DNA of 64,000 nucleotides from Myxococcota bacterium (GCA_044349155.1 JBIKRQ010000003.1:668-64667), one strand, 5' to 3'; shown: positions 46,201 through 55,757, counted from the first letter of the stretch. Numbers and translations are program-made. Notes: generated by a model from the letters alone, not told the origin.

Positions 46201-49200
46201 ACGCAGGCGCACGGCGTCTTCGGCGGCCTTGAAGAAGGCCTTCGCGTCGGCACGGTGCAACAGCGCTGAGGCGGCGGCGTAGCGCTGCTCGGGGCGGTCA
46301 GCACACAGGGCATCGGCCAGCTGCAGCATGAGCCGCGAGCGGTTTGCGTCGTCGCGCATCGCCTCGGGCCAGGCCTTCAATTCTGCTGGTTTTTCGGGCT
46401 TCTCGGGCGACAGCACGCTGACCAGGTGGGCCTGGTAGGCACTGCCTTCGCCCACACCCTGGTGGCGCAATTCGAGCGCACGGGCCGCCGCAAAACGCAC
46501 CTCGGGGCGGGCCGCCGACAACGCCGCCGCGAGCACCGTGGGGGCTTCACCACGACGAGCAAGGCCAAGGTCGTAGGCGAGCACGATGCCGAAGACGAGG
46601 AGTTCGACTTCCAGCGTGTCGTCGTCGAGCCCCTGCAACAGGCCCGCGTGGCCGTCGGCACCAAAGGCCGCGTAGGCGAGCACCGCTCCTCGACGGATGG
46701 GCAGGTTGTCGTGCTTGAGCGTGCCCGCGAGCACGGGCAGGCAGCGCGCATCGCCCAGACGCGCAAGGCCCTCAGCGGCCCACGAGCGCACCCACACATC
46801 GGCGTGGCCGATGGCATCGAGCAGGTACTGCTCGTCGCCACGACGGGTGGCGGTGGCCAAACCACGGGCGGCTTCTTCTCGGATGCCTGGGTGCGCATCT
46901 TTGAGCAGCTCGGTGGCGAAGAAGCGCACAAGACCGGGCTTGCCCAACGTGGCCAGCGAGGCCGCTGCACGTCGACGAAGCGCGTCGGCACCATCGGCAC
47001 CAAACAAGCGCACGAGTTCGTCGCGGTTGTTGATGATGCTCTTCATCGCATCAACGGCGACGTCGTCGTGGCGCAGGGCCAGCAGTTCACCAGCGCGCAC
47101 GCGCACGTCGTAGTGGTTGCTGGCGATGGCGGTGACCATCGGGCCCTGCTCGCTTGGCAACAGCGCATCGAGGGTGTCGACCGCAGCCAAACGCGTGGGC
47201 GCGTGGTCGTCGAGCAACGCCTTGATGAGTGCACTGCGCACGTCGTCGGCACGGCAACGACGCACCTGACGCGCAGCACTCGCGCGCACGCTGCCGTGGA
47301 TCGAGGCGAAGGCCGCCAGATGCGCGGCTGCGTCGTCGACGGCGTTGGCGCGGACACCGTTGTCGTCGAGCGGATTGCGACGCTTCACCAGCGCGTCGTA
47401 AGCGGCGGTGGCGACACTCTCGTCGAGGTCGGCGATGGTCGTGAGCAGCTGCTGCTCGGCCCACGGCACGCTCGCGATGGTGCTGCCCTTCGGCGGGGCG
47501 AGGATGGCGTCGAGTTCGGCGACAGCGACGAGGCGCGTGTCTTTGAAGCGCGCGCTGCGCAAACGAGCCAGCGTTTTGGCCTTGTCGTCGCCGGCCCAAC
47601 CGAGGGCGGTTTTGGTGGCTTCGGCGCGGACCTTGGCGCTCTCGTCGTCGAGGGCCTCGTCGAGCAGGGCGCGGTGGTCCTTCGTGTGCGACGTGCCCGC
47701 GGCCTTCAGCAGCGTTTGCAACGCACGCACGCGGATGTCTTCGGCGGCGCTGCGCAGGCCCACGTCGGCGACGACGAACGGGTCGTTCTCGCCGGCGGCG
47801 AAGGTGTCAAACGCCGCGCCGCGCACGTTGGCGCTCTTGTCGTTGAGCAACCACACCAGACGCGTGCGGGCGTCGTCGTTCTTCCACGCACCAAGCAACG
47901 CAGCGGCGGCGCGGCGGAAGTTCTCGTCGTCGTGACGCGAGAGCTGCAGCGTTGCACCCAATGCACGCGTGTCGCCGAAGGCCGACAACGCCCACGCACC
48001 ACGCATCGCGGTGTCGGGCAGGCGCGAAGCGAGGGCGAGCAGCATGGGGCGATTGTCGTCGTCACCTCGCTCGGCACCGCCGTCTTTCGGCAGCGAGGCG
48101 AGGGCGGCGGTCGCCACGGTGTCTTCGATCATCTTGTCGAAGGTTTCCGCCTGCACCTGGGCCACGCGGCGGCCGATGTCGAGGAGCTTGCGGGCAAACG
48201 TGGGGTCGTCTTGCAGGCGTGCCAGCGGCTTGCGCAGGGCCACGGCCAACGCGAAGGCGCGGTCGCGGGTGGCGAAGTCGTCGTCGTCAAACGCGCGGGC
48301 GAACAGGTCGGCCAACGCCGGATCGCGGTGCAGGCCAAGGATGGCCGTCCGCACCAACGCATCGAAGCGCACCGTGGCGTTGCCGCGGATGATCGCCATG
48401 CGCAGCGCGTTCTGACGGTCAGCACTGACCTCGAGCAACGCGCCCAAAGCCGTGGCGGCCACGACGGGATCGCTGTCGACGAGGCGCTTGCCGATCAAAC
48501 CTGCAGCGACACTCGCATCGGTACCGGTCTTGAACGTCGCCAGCTTCTTCAACGACGCGATTCGACGATCGGCTGCCGTGCTGCTCAACCCCGCGCGCGG
48601 GGCCGCAAACACGTCGCCAGGCTCAAGCGCCGCGAGGGCGTCGTAGGCGGCAAGACGCACCGTCGCGTCTTTGTCGCTCAGCGACGTCTTCAGTGCAGCA
48701 CGTGCCAGACGGGCGGGGGCCGACGTGGGCACGCGCTGGCCGAGGCCTTTGGCCACCAACACGCGCACTTCGGCGTCTTTGTCGTTCGCCAACGTTTCGA
48801 GCAGCAGCGAAATCGCTGCGTCGTCGTCGAGACCGGCCAACCACGCCACGGCTTCTTCACGACGAGCGCGGGCACCCGAGAGTGCGTCCTTCGCTTTGTC
48901 GTAGCCATTGAGCAGCGGCTCGCCCGACGCCCAGTCGTTGGGCCCTGTCATCGTGCGGCGGTGCACCTTGCCCGCCACGTTGCTCAAAAACAGCGTGCCA
49001 GCGCCGGTGAGCTTGTCGCCCTTTTCCACCTTCGGCACGACGCACAGGGCAGTCAGCTGACCACCGAGCTCGTCGACAGTGCGGGGCTTCTTCTTGTCTT
49101 CGAGGCGCCAGCCCTTGAGGCTGCCGTCGACACCAATCGAGTAGAGGCGGTCTTCGGTGGTGCCATCAACCGCGGCAGCCCCCGACGACACAAACACCAG

Positions 49201-49860
49201 ACCACGCACGCCGCCGTCGTGGCCGCTCTTGTCGGCTCCGCGCACTTCGGCGTCGGCCGCACCCGTGAGGTACCACAGGCGCAGGGTGCCATCGTCGCCA
49301 CCCGAGGCCACGCGGCCATCGCGCACAAACGCCAACGCGCTCACGCCACCGTCGTGGCCCACCATTTTGCGGGCCGCATCGTCGAGACGCGCGCGCAAAA
49401 ACGTGGTGACCACACCGTCGTCACCACCGACCGCGATGTGCGTGTCGTTGATGGCCACAGCGCGCAAACGACGCTCGGTCACGCGCGTCCGATGGACCTC
49501 AGCAAACCCCGCGGCTTCGACGACGACGACGTGGCCGTCGGCGAGCGCGCACACCACGTGCTTGCCAGCAGCAGCGAGTGCCGTGACCGCCGAGCCGAGG
49601 TTCGGGCCAACGGTGACCGCCCCTTCATCGGTGACGAGGCGCAACAGGCCATCGTCAGCACCGACGACGAAGCCGCCGTCGACGGCGACAACGCTACGGC
49701 CCGCACACGGCAACGCCGCGGTGGCCTTCGGCTTGTTGCCGACGTGATCGAAAATGGTGACGGCACTGTCGCCGCGCGCGCGCTCACCGACGACGGCGAT
49801 GAGGCGAGCGGTGGCAGCAAGAGCGCGGGGTGTTTCTGCGTGGCCAAGAAAGACAGGCAT
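43267..49860 (-). CDS. 2197-aa protein: N-terminal WD40-like beta-propeller followed by ~1850 aa of HEAT/PBS-lyase-type repeats
   Basis: N-terminus has GHDGGVSALAF..DGRVASGGDDGTLRLW type blades. After that come dozens of D..VR..AA.AL repeats. A single uninterrupted ORF with typical codon bias. Confidence 0.8.
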   Translation of the reverse strand: MPVFLGHAETPRALAATARLIAVVGERARGDSAVTIFDHVGNKPKATAALPCAGRSVVAVDGGFVVGADDGLLRLVTDEGAVTVGPNLGSAVTALAAAGKHVVCALADGHVVVVEAAGFAEVHRTRVTERRLRAVAINDTHIAVGGDDGVVTTFLRARLDDAARKMVGHDGGVSALAFVRDGRVASGGDDGTLRLWYLTGAADAEVRGADKSGHDGGVRGLVFVSSGAAAVDGTTEDRLYSIGVDGSLKGWRLEDKKKPRTVDELGGQLTALCVVPKVEKGDKLTGAGTLFLSNVAGKVHRRTMTGPNDWASGEPLLNGYDKAKDALSGARARREEAVAWLAGLDDDAAISLLLETLANDKDAEVRVLVAKGLGQRVPTSAPARLARAALKTSLSDKDATVRLAAYDALAALEPGDVFAAPRAGLSSTAADRRIASLKKLATFKTGTDASVAAGLIGKRLVDSDPVVAATALGALLEVSADRQNALRMAIIRGNATVRFDALVRTAILGLHRDPALADLFARAFDDDDFATRDRAFALAVALRKPLARLQDDPTFARKLLDIGRRVAQVQAETFDKMIEDTVATAALASLPKDGGAERGDDDNRPMLLALASRLPDTAMRGAWALSAFGDTRALGATLQLSRHDDENFRRAAAALLGAWKNDDARTRLVWLLNDKSANVRGAAFDTFAAGENDPFVVADVGLRSAAEDIRVRALQTLLKAAGTSHTKDHRALLDEALDDESAKVRAEATKTALGWAGDDKAKTLARLRSARFKDTRLVAVAELDAILAPPKGSTIASVPWAEQQLLTTIADLDESVATAAYDALVKRRNPLDDNGVRANAVDDAAAHLAAFASIHGSVRASAARQVRRCRADDVRSALIKALLDDHAPTRLAAVDTLDALLPSEQGPMVTAIASNHYDVRVRAGELLALRHDDVAVDAMKSIINNRDELVRLFGADGADALRRRAAASLATLGKPGLVRFFATELLKDAHPGIREEAARGLATATRRGDEQYLLDAIGHADVWVRSWAAEGLARLGDARCLPVLAGTLKHDNLPIRRGAVLAYAAFGADGHAGLLQGLDDDTLEVELLVFGIVLAYDLGLARRGEAPTVLAAALSAARPEVRFAAARALELRHQGVGEGSAYQAHLVSVLSPEKPEKPAELKAWPEAMRDDANRSRLMLQLADALCADRPEQRYAAASALLHRADAKAFFKAAEDAVRLRSTSSPHTPDNRPRPTSSVDDIAPVARVRGFLRRVFSSSSEPTTSTTSTTPPVSAEEAARLKQLAFGAYVGLLRQQTTGDDGQRVRRDAVERIVTLAAEGGAGLGREAAIPALMRALDDGQHLVRKASLGGLKKLFEKTSGGIDDALGLALMARAEDVARLALDELAERGVSAQVERAVNSPIAEVRKLAFETLERRAAKGSISHLVLALKSEHDDLRLSVLEQLSKKRDDASVGDALVAALDSEHKGLVLRAAEILAGRSDARALDALVGLTVGDDDKVIGRARNALATLGTRAAAAALLNIAADTTARDLPGLCGALSTVCDDRTGKDGKAIPAHVDDVNAVLDALGKLTKHADAGVRTEAYDTGKTLTGKKKKRDDARAARFFSIVCASPDAELRAKAAAELSASGKGSVADDAVVALFSDREVDVRKAAVAAYAERCRKTDSPTGPLVDVVTRGSRELVLSAAEGLAWVKGPAVADLCLVPLLLVSRAAEEEADRATALVALGRLGDPRALPELELVADGGTAEVPSEKALQQAALEGLGRLHNHLTDAPARTRIFERLETAIDDSDDQVAWRAVRGLRAIGDERSKQLLVRGVHEDRNDTVIVEACEALAALGAVEAEAAIAECLSNWDDDIRGAATKALKKLFPDDKTRVALHVLDKSDDDDEKLEAANFLAAEGSVEALLPRLVTIDDSELRTRLRLGLIARDTVPASALVSVLSSTKASAVAEAAAIVAARKANGADRVVLADALVAAELRLVDEPTVQNAVVAALVHIDTARAADLARSRLDATTNATLRATLIEVLGTGGSTADLPRLVSRLRDSSLVCRAAAARAVAKLSSTPWQTAKAAVAFDPLRLSSMAPADAALLADDNTAVLGVQKLIGDAEAMIAATKQAATKATAINALARVDDDSARERLSELARDKSIDAAARKAAYRALRRQERLHAAHERRSHPDTALPSWSGRVGEQSKGVEVTK

Positions 49861-49863
49861 CGG

Positions 49864-52611
49864 TCACTCCGCGGCGTTGGCCGTCGTCGTCGAAACTGAG
49901 GAAAGGGCGGGACGGCCGTGGGCCGCATCGATGGCGCACAGCGCCTGCAAGCACGCCTGCCACTCGCCCTGGGCAAGCGACCCGGTCATCTCTTCGAGCA
50001 GGGGGCGCACGGCGTTGGCGAACGCCACGTCTTCAACAGCGAGGTCGCGCACGATTTCGATCACGCGGGCCTTCGCCACCGACGACGGAATGCGACGGAA
50101 GCTCTTGTCGTCGCGCGCTTCCATGCTTCTGCCCGGGGGCAGCGCAAACAGCACGCGGCGCAGGAAGCCACGCAGGGCCTCGACGTCGGTGAAGCGGCCG
50201 GCCTCGCCCGACAACACCGCGGGATCGAGCTTGGACGTCTTGGGCTGCCACGACGACGGCTGCCCCGGCTTCACGAACGCGCGTGGGCGGTGCTTCTCCC
50301 ACAGGATGCGCACGGCAAACAGGCGCACTTCGCGGTCGGCCGACGTCATCAGCCACGCCAGACGCTCCTGGCCACCCAAACGCGAGTAGTGGCGACGGAT
50401 GAGTTCCATGCCCGCCTCACGCACGGGACGACGACGGCTCTCGGTGAGCGGGAAGATGGTTTCGGGCGACAGCTCGTCGATCTTTGCCGTGCAGGCGGGA
50501 TCGGCGGCGGGGTCGTCGGCCTTCAACAACGCATCGAGTGCGAGACGACGCACGTCGACCGCGTCGGTGTCGGCGATCTCACCAAGGCGACCCATCACCG
50601 ACCAGCGACGCAGCTCGACCTTCGCGATCGTGACGGCGAAGCGGCGGATGTCTTCGTTGACGTTCTTGAGTGCAGGCCACACGCGCTCGACGCTGAACGC
50701 CGTGCGCGGCAGTTGCGGCTTGAGCCCGAGCTGCTTGGCTTCGGCCTGCTGTGGGCCAATCTCGGTGTGGTGGCAGCGCAAATACGTTTGCGCGAACGTG
50801 CGCAGTGCTGGGGCTTCTGTCGACGACAACGCCAACTCGAACAAGCGGGTGATACCGCGCTCGGTGCGGTTGCTGGTGCCTTCGCCCTCACCTGCGAAGT
50901 CGGCCGGCGCCATGTGCTCGAGCAACGTGCGGTTGGCGAACTCGGCCAGCTGCGCATCCTTGCGGCGCGCGAGCGACAGCAGCCACGGAATGCCCAGGTG
51001 CGACGGCGTGACGAGGTGCTTGTTCGCCAAAATGGCGAGGCCCACGTCTTTGAGGTCGCTGTCGAACAAGAAGCCCTTGGCGCGCTCGATCGACGCTGGG
51101 GTCGACAGCTCGGGGAACTTCTTCACGTCCGACAACCAGCCAGAAACGTCGCTCGCGAGCTTGTCTTTCTTCTTGCTGACGATGTCGAAGAGCCAGTCGG
51201 CACCGATCTCGTCGGTGGGCTTCTTCTTCAGCGCAGCGATGGCCGCGTCGGGGACGTTGTAGTCGTCTTCGAGGCGATCGTCTTCGAGCAGACGCTTGTA
51301 CAGGCCCGTGCTGAAGCTGTGCTTCTTGGCGAGCTTCTCGAACATCTCGAAGCCGTCGTTGTCGTCGTCGAACGCGAGGTCGATGAGCAACTGCTCGGGC
51401 AACTCGGCCGCCGAGAACTGCTCGAGCAACGCCTTGTCGGCAAAGCCCATGAAGCTCTTTTTGCCAAGCAAACGCACGAGCAACGCCGGGCCGAGATCGC
51501 GCGGCGGGATGGCCTTGAGGATGTCGGCCACGACCTTGAGCTCGCTGGCATCACCGTCGTTGAACACGCCCACGAGGGCCTCGTTCGACAACGACGCTTT
51601 CTCACTTCTGACAAACGCCTGGGCGAATTCGCGAACGTTGTTCGAGCGCGAGCGCAGCAGGCGCAGCAGGGCGGGGGCGAGGCCAAGGGCCACCAACTGG
51701 TTGTGCGCGAACGCCGGCACGGCCTTGGCGAGCTCGACGAAGACCTCGTGGCGCGAGACGTTGTCGTCGTTCAACAAGCTCTTGAGCCACGTGGCGTCGG
51801 GGGCCTTGAGCACGTCGGCGTGGTGCTTCTTGAGGGCGGCAAACGCGGCCTGCACCGCCGAGGGTTTGCTGGCACCCTGGATGATCAGCAGCAGCGGCTC
51901 GGGGCGCTTGCTCCACGTCTCGCCCAACATCTTGAACGAGCGGTGCTTGCCGTTGAGCGTGCGCTCGATGTTGCTCGACGCCGACGTGTAGCTGTCGCAG
52001 CGCAGCAGGTACTCGGTGGCCCACCACGGATACAGCTCGGGCATGGCCCGGCCGAGGTCGCGCAGAAAACGCCACGCGCGCTTGTTGAGGTACGTGCGCG
52101 TGGCCCCCGACGACGAGCCACCACCGTTGGGGCAGCGACCAGCAATGGCCGCCCACGTCACGGCGTCGAGTTCGTCTTCGGCCAACTTGCTGACGCGCTT
52201 GATGCCGCCAAAGAAGCCCAGGTCCCACTTCACCTCGTTGACGAGGCTGATGATGAGCGCGCGGCCGGCGTCGAGGCCGTGGGCGTTGCCGTGCTGGTAC
52301 AGGCGCACGATGAGGTCGGCGACGGCGAAGCGCTCGGGCAGCGGGGCCGGCTGGTTCAAAAACGTGCGCCACACCTCGGTGGAGGCCTTGATGCGCTCGG
52401 CCTTGCTGCGCTTGCGCCGGGCCACGCCCAAACGACGCTGCAGCTCGTCGGTGTTGATGGCGCCGCTGGCCTTCTGCTCTTCGTCGGGCTGGGCCAAAAA
52501 GCGCTTGAGCAAACCTGCGGCGTCGACGTCACCGGCGAGCAGCGCGCGCTCGACGTCGGCGAAGGCGAGGCGGGTGTTCTTCTGGTCTTGATCCGACATG
52601 GCTGGCTCCAC
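49864..52611 (-). CDS. 915-aa alpha-helical (ARM/HEAT-like) repeat protein, unknown function
   Basis: Long ORF 3 nt upstream of the giant gene. Helical-repeat character, and a possible relation to DUF4132-type partners of WGR proteins is unverified. Confidence 0.7.
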   Translation of the reverse strand: MEPAMSDQDQKNTRLAFADVERALLAGDVDAAGLLKRFLAQPDEEQKASGAINTDELQRRLGVARRKRSKAERIKASTEVWRTFLNQPAPLPERFAVADLIVRLYQHGNAHGLDAGRALIISLVNEVKWDLGFFGGIKRVSKLAEDELDAVTWAAIAGRCPNGGGSSSGATRTYLNKRAWRFLRDLGRAMPELYPWWATEYLLRCDSYTSASSNIERTLNGKHRSFKMLGETWSKRPEPLLLIIQGASKPSAVQAAFAALKKHHADVLKAPDATWLKSLLNDDNVSRHEVFVELAKAVPAFAHNQLVALGLAPALLRLLRSRSNNVREFAQAFVRSEKASLSNEALVGVFNDGDASELKVVADILKAIPPRDLGPALLVRLLGKKSFMGFADKALLEQFSAAELPEQLLIDLAFDDDNDGFEMFEKLAKKHSFSTGLYKRLLEDDRLEDDYNVPDAAIAALKKKPTDEIGADWLFDIVSKKKDKLASDVSGWLSDVKKFPELSTPASIERAKGFLFDSDLKDVGLAILANKHLVTPSHLGIPWLLSLARRKDAQLAEFANRTLLEHMAPADFAGEGEGTSNRTERGITRLFELALSSTEAPALRTFAQTYLRCHHTEIGPQQAEAKQLGLKPQLPRTAFSVERVWPALKNVNEDIRRFAVTIAKVELRRWSVMGRLGEIADTDAVDVRRLALDALLKADDPAADPACTAKIDELSPETIFPLTESRRRPVREAGMELIRRHYSRLGGQERLAWLMTSADREVRLFAVRILWEKHRPRAFVKPGQPSSWQPKTSKLDPAVLSGEAGRFTDVEALRGFLRRVLFALPPGRSMEARDDKSFRRIPSSVAKARVIEIVRDLAVEDVAFANAVRPLLEEMTGSLAQGEWQACLQALCAIDAAHGRPALSSVSTTTANAAE

Positions 52612-52667
52612 ACGGCGACAACAAACGGGGACGTCGACGACACGGTCGACGAAGAGATCGGGTCAGG

Positions 52668-53555
52668 TCAGCTCAACGCACTCTTGCGGCGGTCGCACAC
52701 GACGTCGCCAGCGGGGAGGGCAGCCACGAAAGCAGCGCGGTCGGTGCGTGACTCGATGTGCCCGCGCAACGCCTGCAACCTCTGCGCGGCGATGGCGTCG
52801 GGGAGGTCTTTGTCGACGAGGGCGCGGCCCACGCGAAACGCGAGTTCCTGATCGGGCAGTGCAGCCGCGGTGGCGGCCAACACCTGCAACGCCGACGACG
52901 CCGCACCCGACGGCTTCTGCCAGCGCGCCAACACCGAGGTGAACGCCGACGTGCGCAACGACGACAACACCTGCAGCACCAACGGCAGCGGCAACGACGG
53001 CGCGCTGAGCACGGCATCCGCCGCAGCCAACACGGCGGTGTTCAAGTCGGCGTGGGCAAAAAGGTCGACACCGGCGATGCGCGAGACCGCGCGGGTGGCT
53101 TCTTTGGCGGCCTGACGACGACGCCACGAGCGGCCTGCCGTGCTCTTGACCAGCGCGCGCACAGCGGTGGTGGCGGCTTTGACGAGGGCGGCATCGGTGA
53201 TGTCGGCGTCGACGACGCGCACGGGCAACGGGGTGACGGGCTTCGCGGCCGGCTTCGCAGGCTCTTTGGCGGCGGCCTTCTTCGCGGGCTTTTTGGCGAC
53301 CGCTTCGTCGTCACCGTCGTCGTCGTTGTCGCTTACGGCTGCCGCACCGTCGGTGACCTCGACGTAGCCCTCGCGGAGCTTCTCGGCGACCTTCTTGTCG
53401 TACTCTTTTTGCGCGGCTTCTTCGGAGTCGAACTCTTTTTCTTTGCGCTGCCCGTCGGTGCCGATGCGGCCGTACACGACGGTGAAGACCGAGCCATCGA
53501 GCCGGGGCATCCAGAATTTGCTGCTGCCACCACCGACAAATTCGAAGCGACGCAT
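52668..53555 (-). CDS. WGR-domain protein
   Basis: MRRFEFVGGGSSKFWMPRLDGSVFTVVYGRIGTDGQRKEKEF...KLREGYVEV is a canonical WGR domain. Followed by a Lys/Ala/Pro linker and a helical C-terminal region. Confidence 0.85.
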   Translation of the reverse strand: MRRFEFVGGGSSKFWMPRLDGSVFTVVYGRIGTDGQRKEKEFDSEEAAQKEYDKKVAEKLREGYVEVTDGAAAVSDNDDDGDDEAVAKKPAKKAAAKEPAKPAAKPVTPLPVRVVDADITDAALVKAATTAVRALVKSTAGRSWRRRQAAKEATRAVSRIAGVDLFAHADLNTAVLAAADAVLSAPSLPLPLVLQVLSSLRTSAFTSVLARWQKPSGAASSALQVLAATAAALPDQELAFRVGRALVDKDLPDAIAAQRLQALRGHIESRTDRAAFVAALPAGDVVCDRRKSALS

Positions 53556-53690
53556 CGAGACTCCCGCGAACTACGTTCGACGCGTGCGTGGTCGCGCAAA
53601 TCCCACTGTGGCGTCAAGCAACACACGTCACACACGTTCAGGAGCGCGTTGAGCTGCGCCGACTGTCTCGTCGGCCCGGTGTCTCACGCC

Positions 53691-55685
53691 TCACGACAGC
53701 TGGCGGTAGCGGCGGTGCGCCATGAACAGCACGAACACCAACGCGAAGGCCGCACCACCGCCGAGCCCGTATTTGCGCAGTCGGGCCGCGCGCACGGCGG
53801 CTTCGCGCTCGGCGACGGCGTCGAAGTCGGGGGCGGGGCAGTCTTTGTTGATGTCGCCAAAGGCGTTGGTGAACGGCACCACCGGTCCCTCTTTGACGTA
53901 GCGGTGCCACAGGCGCTGCACGTCGTCGGGGGAGCGATAGCCGTAGTGCGTGGCCTGACACAGCAACGCGGCAAACGCCTGCGAGCGTGGGGGCACGAGG
54001 TCGGCGGCTTGCTCGAGCAGCTTCATGGCCTTGAAGCGGTAGTGAAAACGCGCCGCGGGCACGACCGCCGACGCCGACACGCGCTGCTGCTCGTCGGTGC
54101 TCATCAGCGGCGATGGTGGTTGGGGCGGCAACGGGTGGCCGTCGTCGTCGGTGGGGACGTACGGTTCGTACACGCCGTCGTAGATGGCCCAGTCGGGTCC
54201 AAGCTCGCTGCCCATGAGCTGCAGGCCAGCGGTGCGCACGAGCTTCGCCTCGACGTGCAGATTGGCGGCCTGGCGCAGCTTTGTCGGCAGGTGGGCGGTG
54301 TCGGCGAAGGCGTCGGCGTGCAGCGACTGCAGCTGCTTCAACGTCGCCAGCAGCACCGGATCGTCGACGTACGCCACGGCTTCGTCGAGGCGATCGGCAC
54401 GCACCAGCCGACGCGCCAGCAGCGATCGCAGCGATGGCCGCTCGATGCTGTTGTGCTCGTCGTCGTTGGCCTTGTGCGGTGGGCGAGGTGCTGCGTGGGT
54501 GGGATGGTCGGCGAGAAACGCGATGAGCTCGTCGACGGTGAGCACCTGCTCGGCGACGTGGGCTGCGTCGTGCCACCACACGTCGTCTTCGAGGAAACGC
54601 TCGAGCGCGAAGGCGTACTCGCGCCGCGTCAGGGCCAACACACCAAGCTCGCCGACGACGCGCACGCGGGCGTGGATGTTTTGGTACTGCGGGTCGTCCT
54701 CGCCGGGCTGGTACGGCACCACCGGAAACGCGGCACTGGCCTTCGCCAACAACGTGCGCGCCTCGTCGAGGTTGCCCGCACGCATGGCCAACTTCGCGCG
54801 CACCCACGTGGCCAGCGGTGTGTCGGGGGCTTGCTGCACGATGCGCGCAGCCTCGTCGACGCGGCCCTGCCCGTACAACGCTGCCGCGAGTTGGTCGGCA
54901 GCGTCGACGTGGTCGAGGGCGACGAGCACGTCGAGGGCGCGGTTGGTGTTGTTGGGCCGCTCAACGGCGCGCGTGGCCCCGTACAGGTTCAGCAGGCGTT
55001 GCCCGATCGGCGTGGCCGCGGCTTTCGCGAGGCGCTCACCACCGTCGTCGATGATGGTGCGGGCCACCTGCAGCAACGAGATGGCACCAGCGGGATCGAA
55101 GCGCGCCTGACGCGCGTACAGCGTGATGGCCGTGGCGTCGTCGACGATGGTGCTGCCCGCGGGCGCGTGCCCCGGCAGGTACCAGCGCGCTTCTTCGCCA
55201 AGGCTTGCGGCGGCAAGGCCGAGCTCGTCGGGATAGCCCTCGCTGGCGAGGGCGCGCACCTCGGCGAAGCGCGCGACCTCGCCCAGGCGCCCCAGCATGA
55301 ACGCGGCCCACGTGCTGCGTTGACGACGTTCATCGGGCGGCAGTTGCAACAGCGCCGTAAACGCCGCGCGGGCCGCGTCGTCGTCGTGCTTGTGAAACGC
55401 GGCGGCACCGGTGTCGTACAGCTCGCGCTCGCGGGCCCCGCCACGGTCGCGCGCACCAGCGGGTTCTTCGCCCACGGCGACAAACGACGGATCCGCGGGG
55501 GCGATGCCATCAGCGAGGTGCCGAACGTCGACGAGAAAGGGCTCGTCGATCGGTGCCTGCAGTGACTGCTCGCGGTCTTGCAGCAAGCTGGGTGGAAAGT
55601 CGGGCCCGCAGGCCACAGCGCGCGGCGTGTACGACGACACACCCAAAGCGGCGATCAACAACGACGTGGTGAACGAAGCGCGCAT
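53691..55685 (-). CDS. secreted/C-terminally anchored helical-repeat (TPR-like) protein
   Basis: ATG at 55685 gives MRASFTTSLLIAALGVSS signal. C-terminal TM AAFALVFVLFMAHRRYR. The upstream part of the track ORF overlaps repeat copy B and is rejected. Confidence 0.6.
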   Translation of the reverse strand: MRASFTTSLLIAALGVSSYTPRAVACGPDFPPSLLQDREQSLQAPIDEPFLVDVRHLADGIAPADPSFVAVGEEPAGARDRGGARERELYDTGAAAFHKHDDDAARAAFTALLQLPPDERRQRSTWAAFMLGRLGEVARFAEVRALASEGYPDELGLAAASLGEEARWYLPGHAPAGSTIVDDATAITLYARQARFDPAGAISLLQVARTIIDDGGERLAKAAATPIGQRLLNLYGATRAVERPNNTNRALDVLVALDHVDAADQLAAALYGQGRVDEAARIVQQAPDTPLATWVRAKLAMRAGNLDEARTLLAKASAAFPVVPYQPGEDDPQYQNIHARVRVVGELGVLALTRREYAFALERFLEDDVWWHDAAHVAEQVLTVDELIAFLADHPTHAAPRPPHKANDDEHNSIERPSLRSLLARRLVRADRLDEAVAYVDDPVLLATLKQLQSLHADAFADTAHLPTKLRQAANLHVEAKLVRTAGLQLMGSELGPDWAIYDGVYEPYVPTDDDGHPLPPQPPSPLMSTDEQQRVSASAVVPAARFHYRFKAMKLLEQAADLVPPRSQAFAALLCQATHYGYRSPDDVQRLWHRYVKEGPVVPFTNAFGDINKDCPAPDFDAVAEREAAVRAARLRKYGLGGGAAFALVFVLFMAHRRYRQLS

Positions 55686-55757
55686 CCACGGGCTGTAGCA
55701 CAGCCCCGCAGCGTCGTCGGGCCGCTCATCCGCGATGGTCTTGATCTTGCCGGCTCG

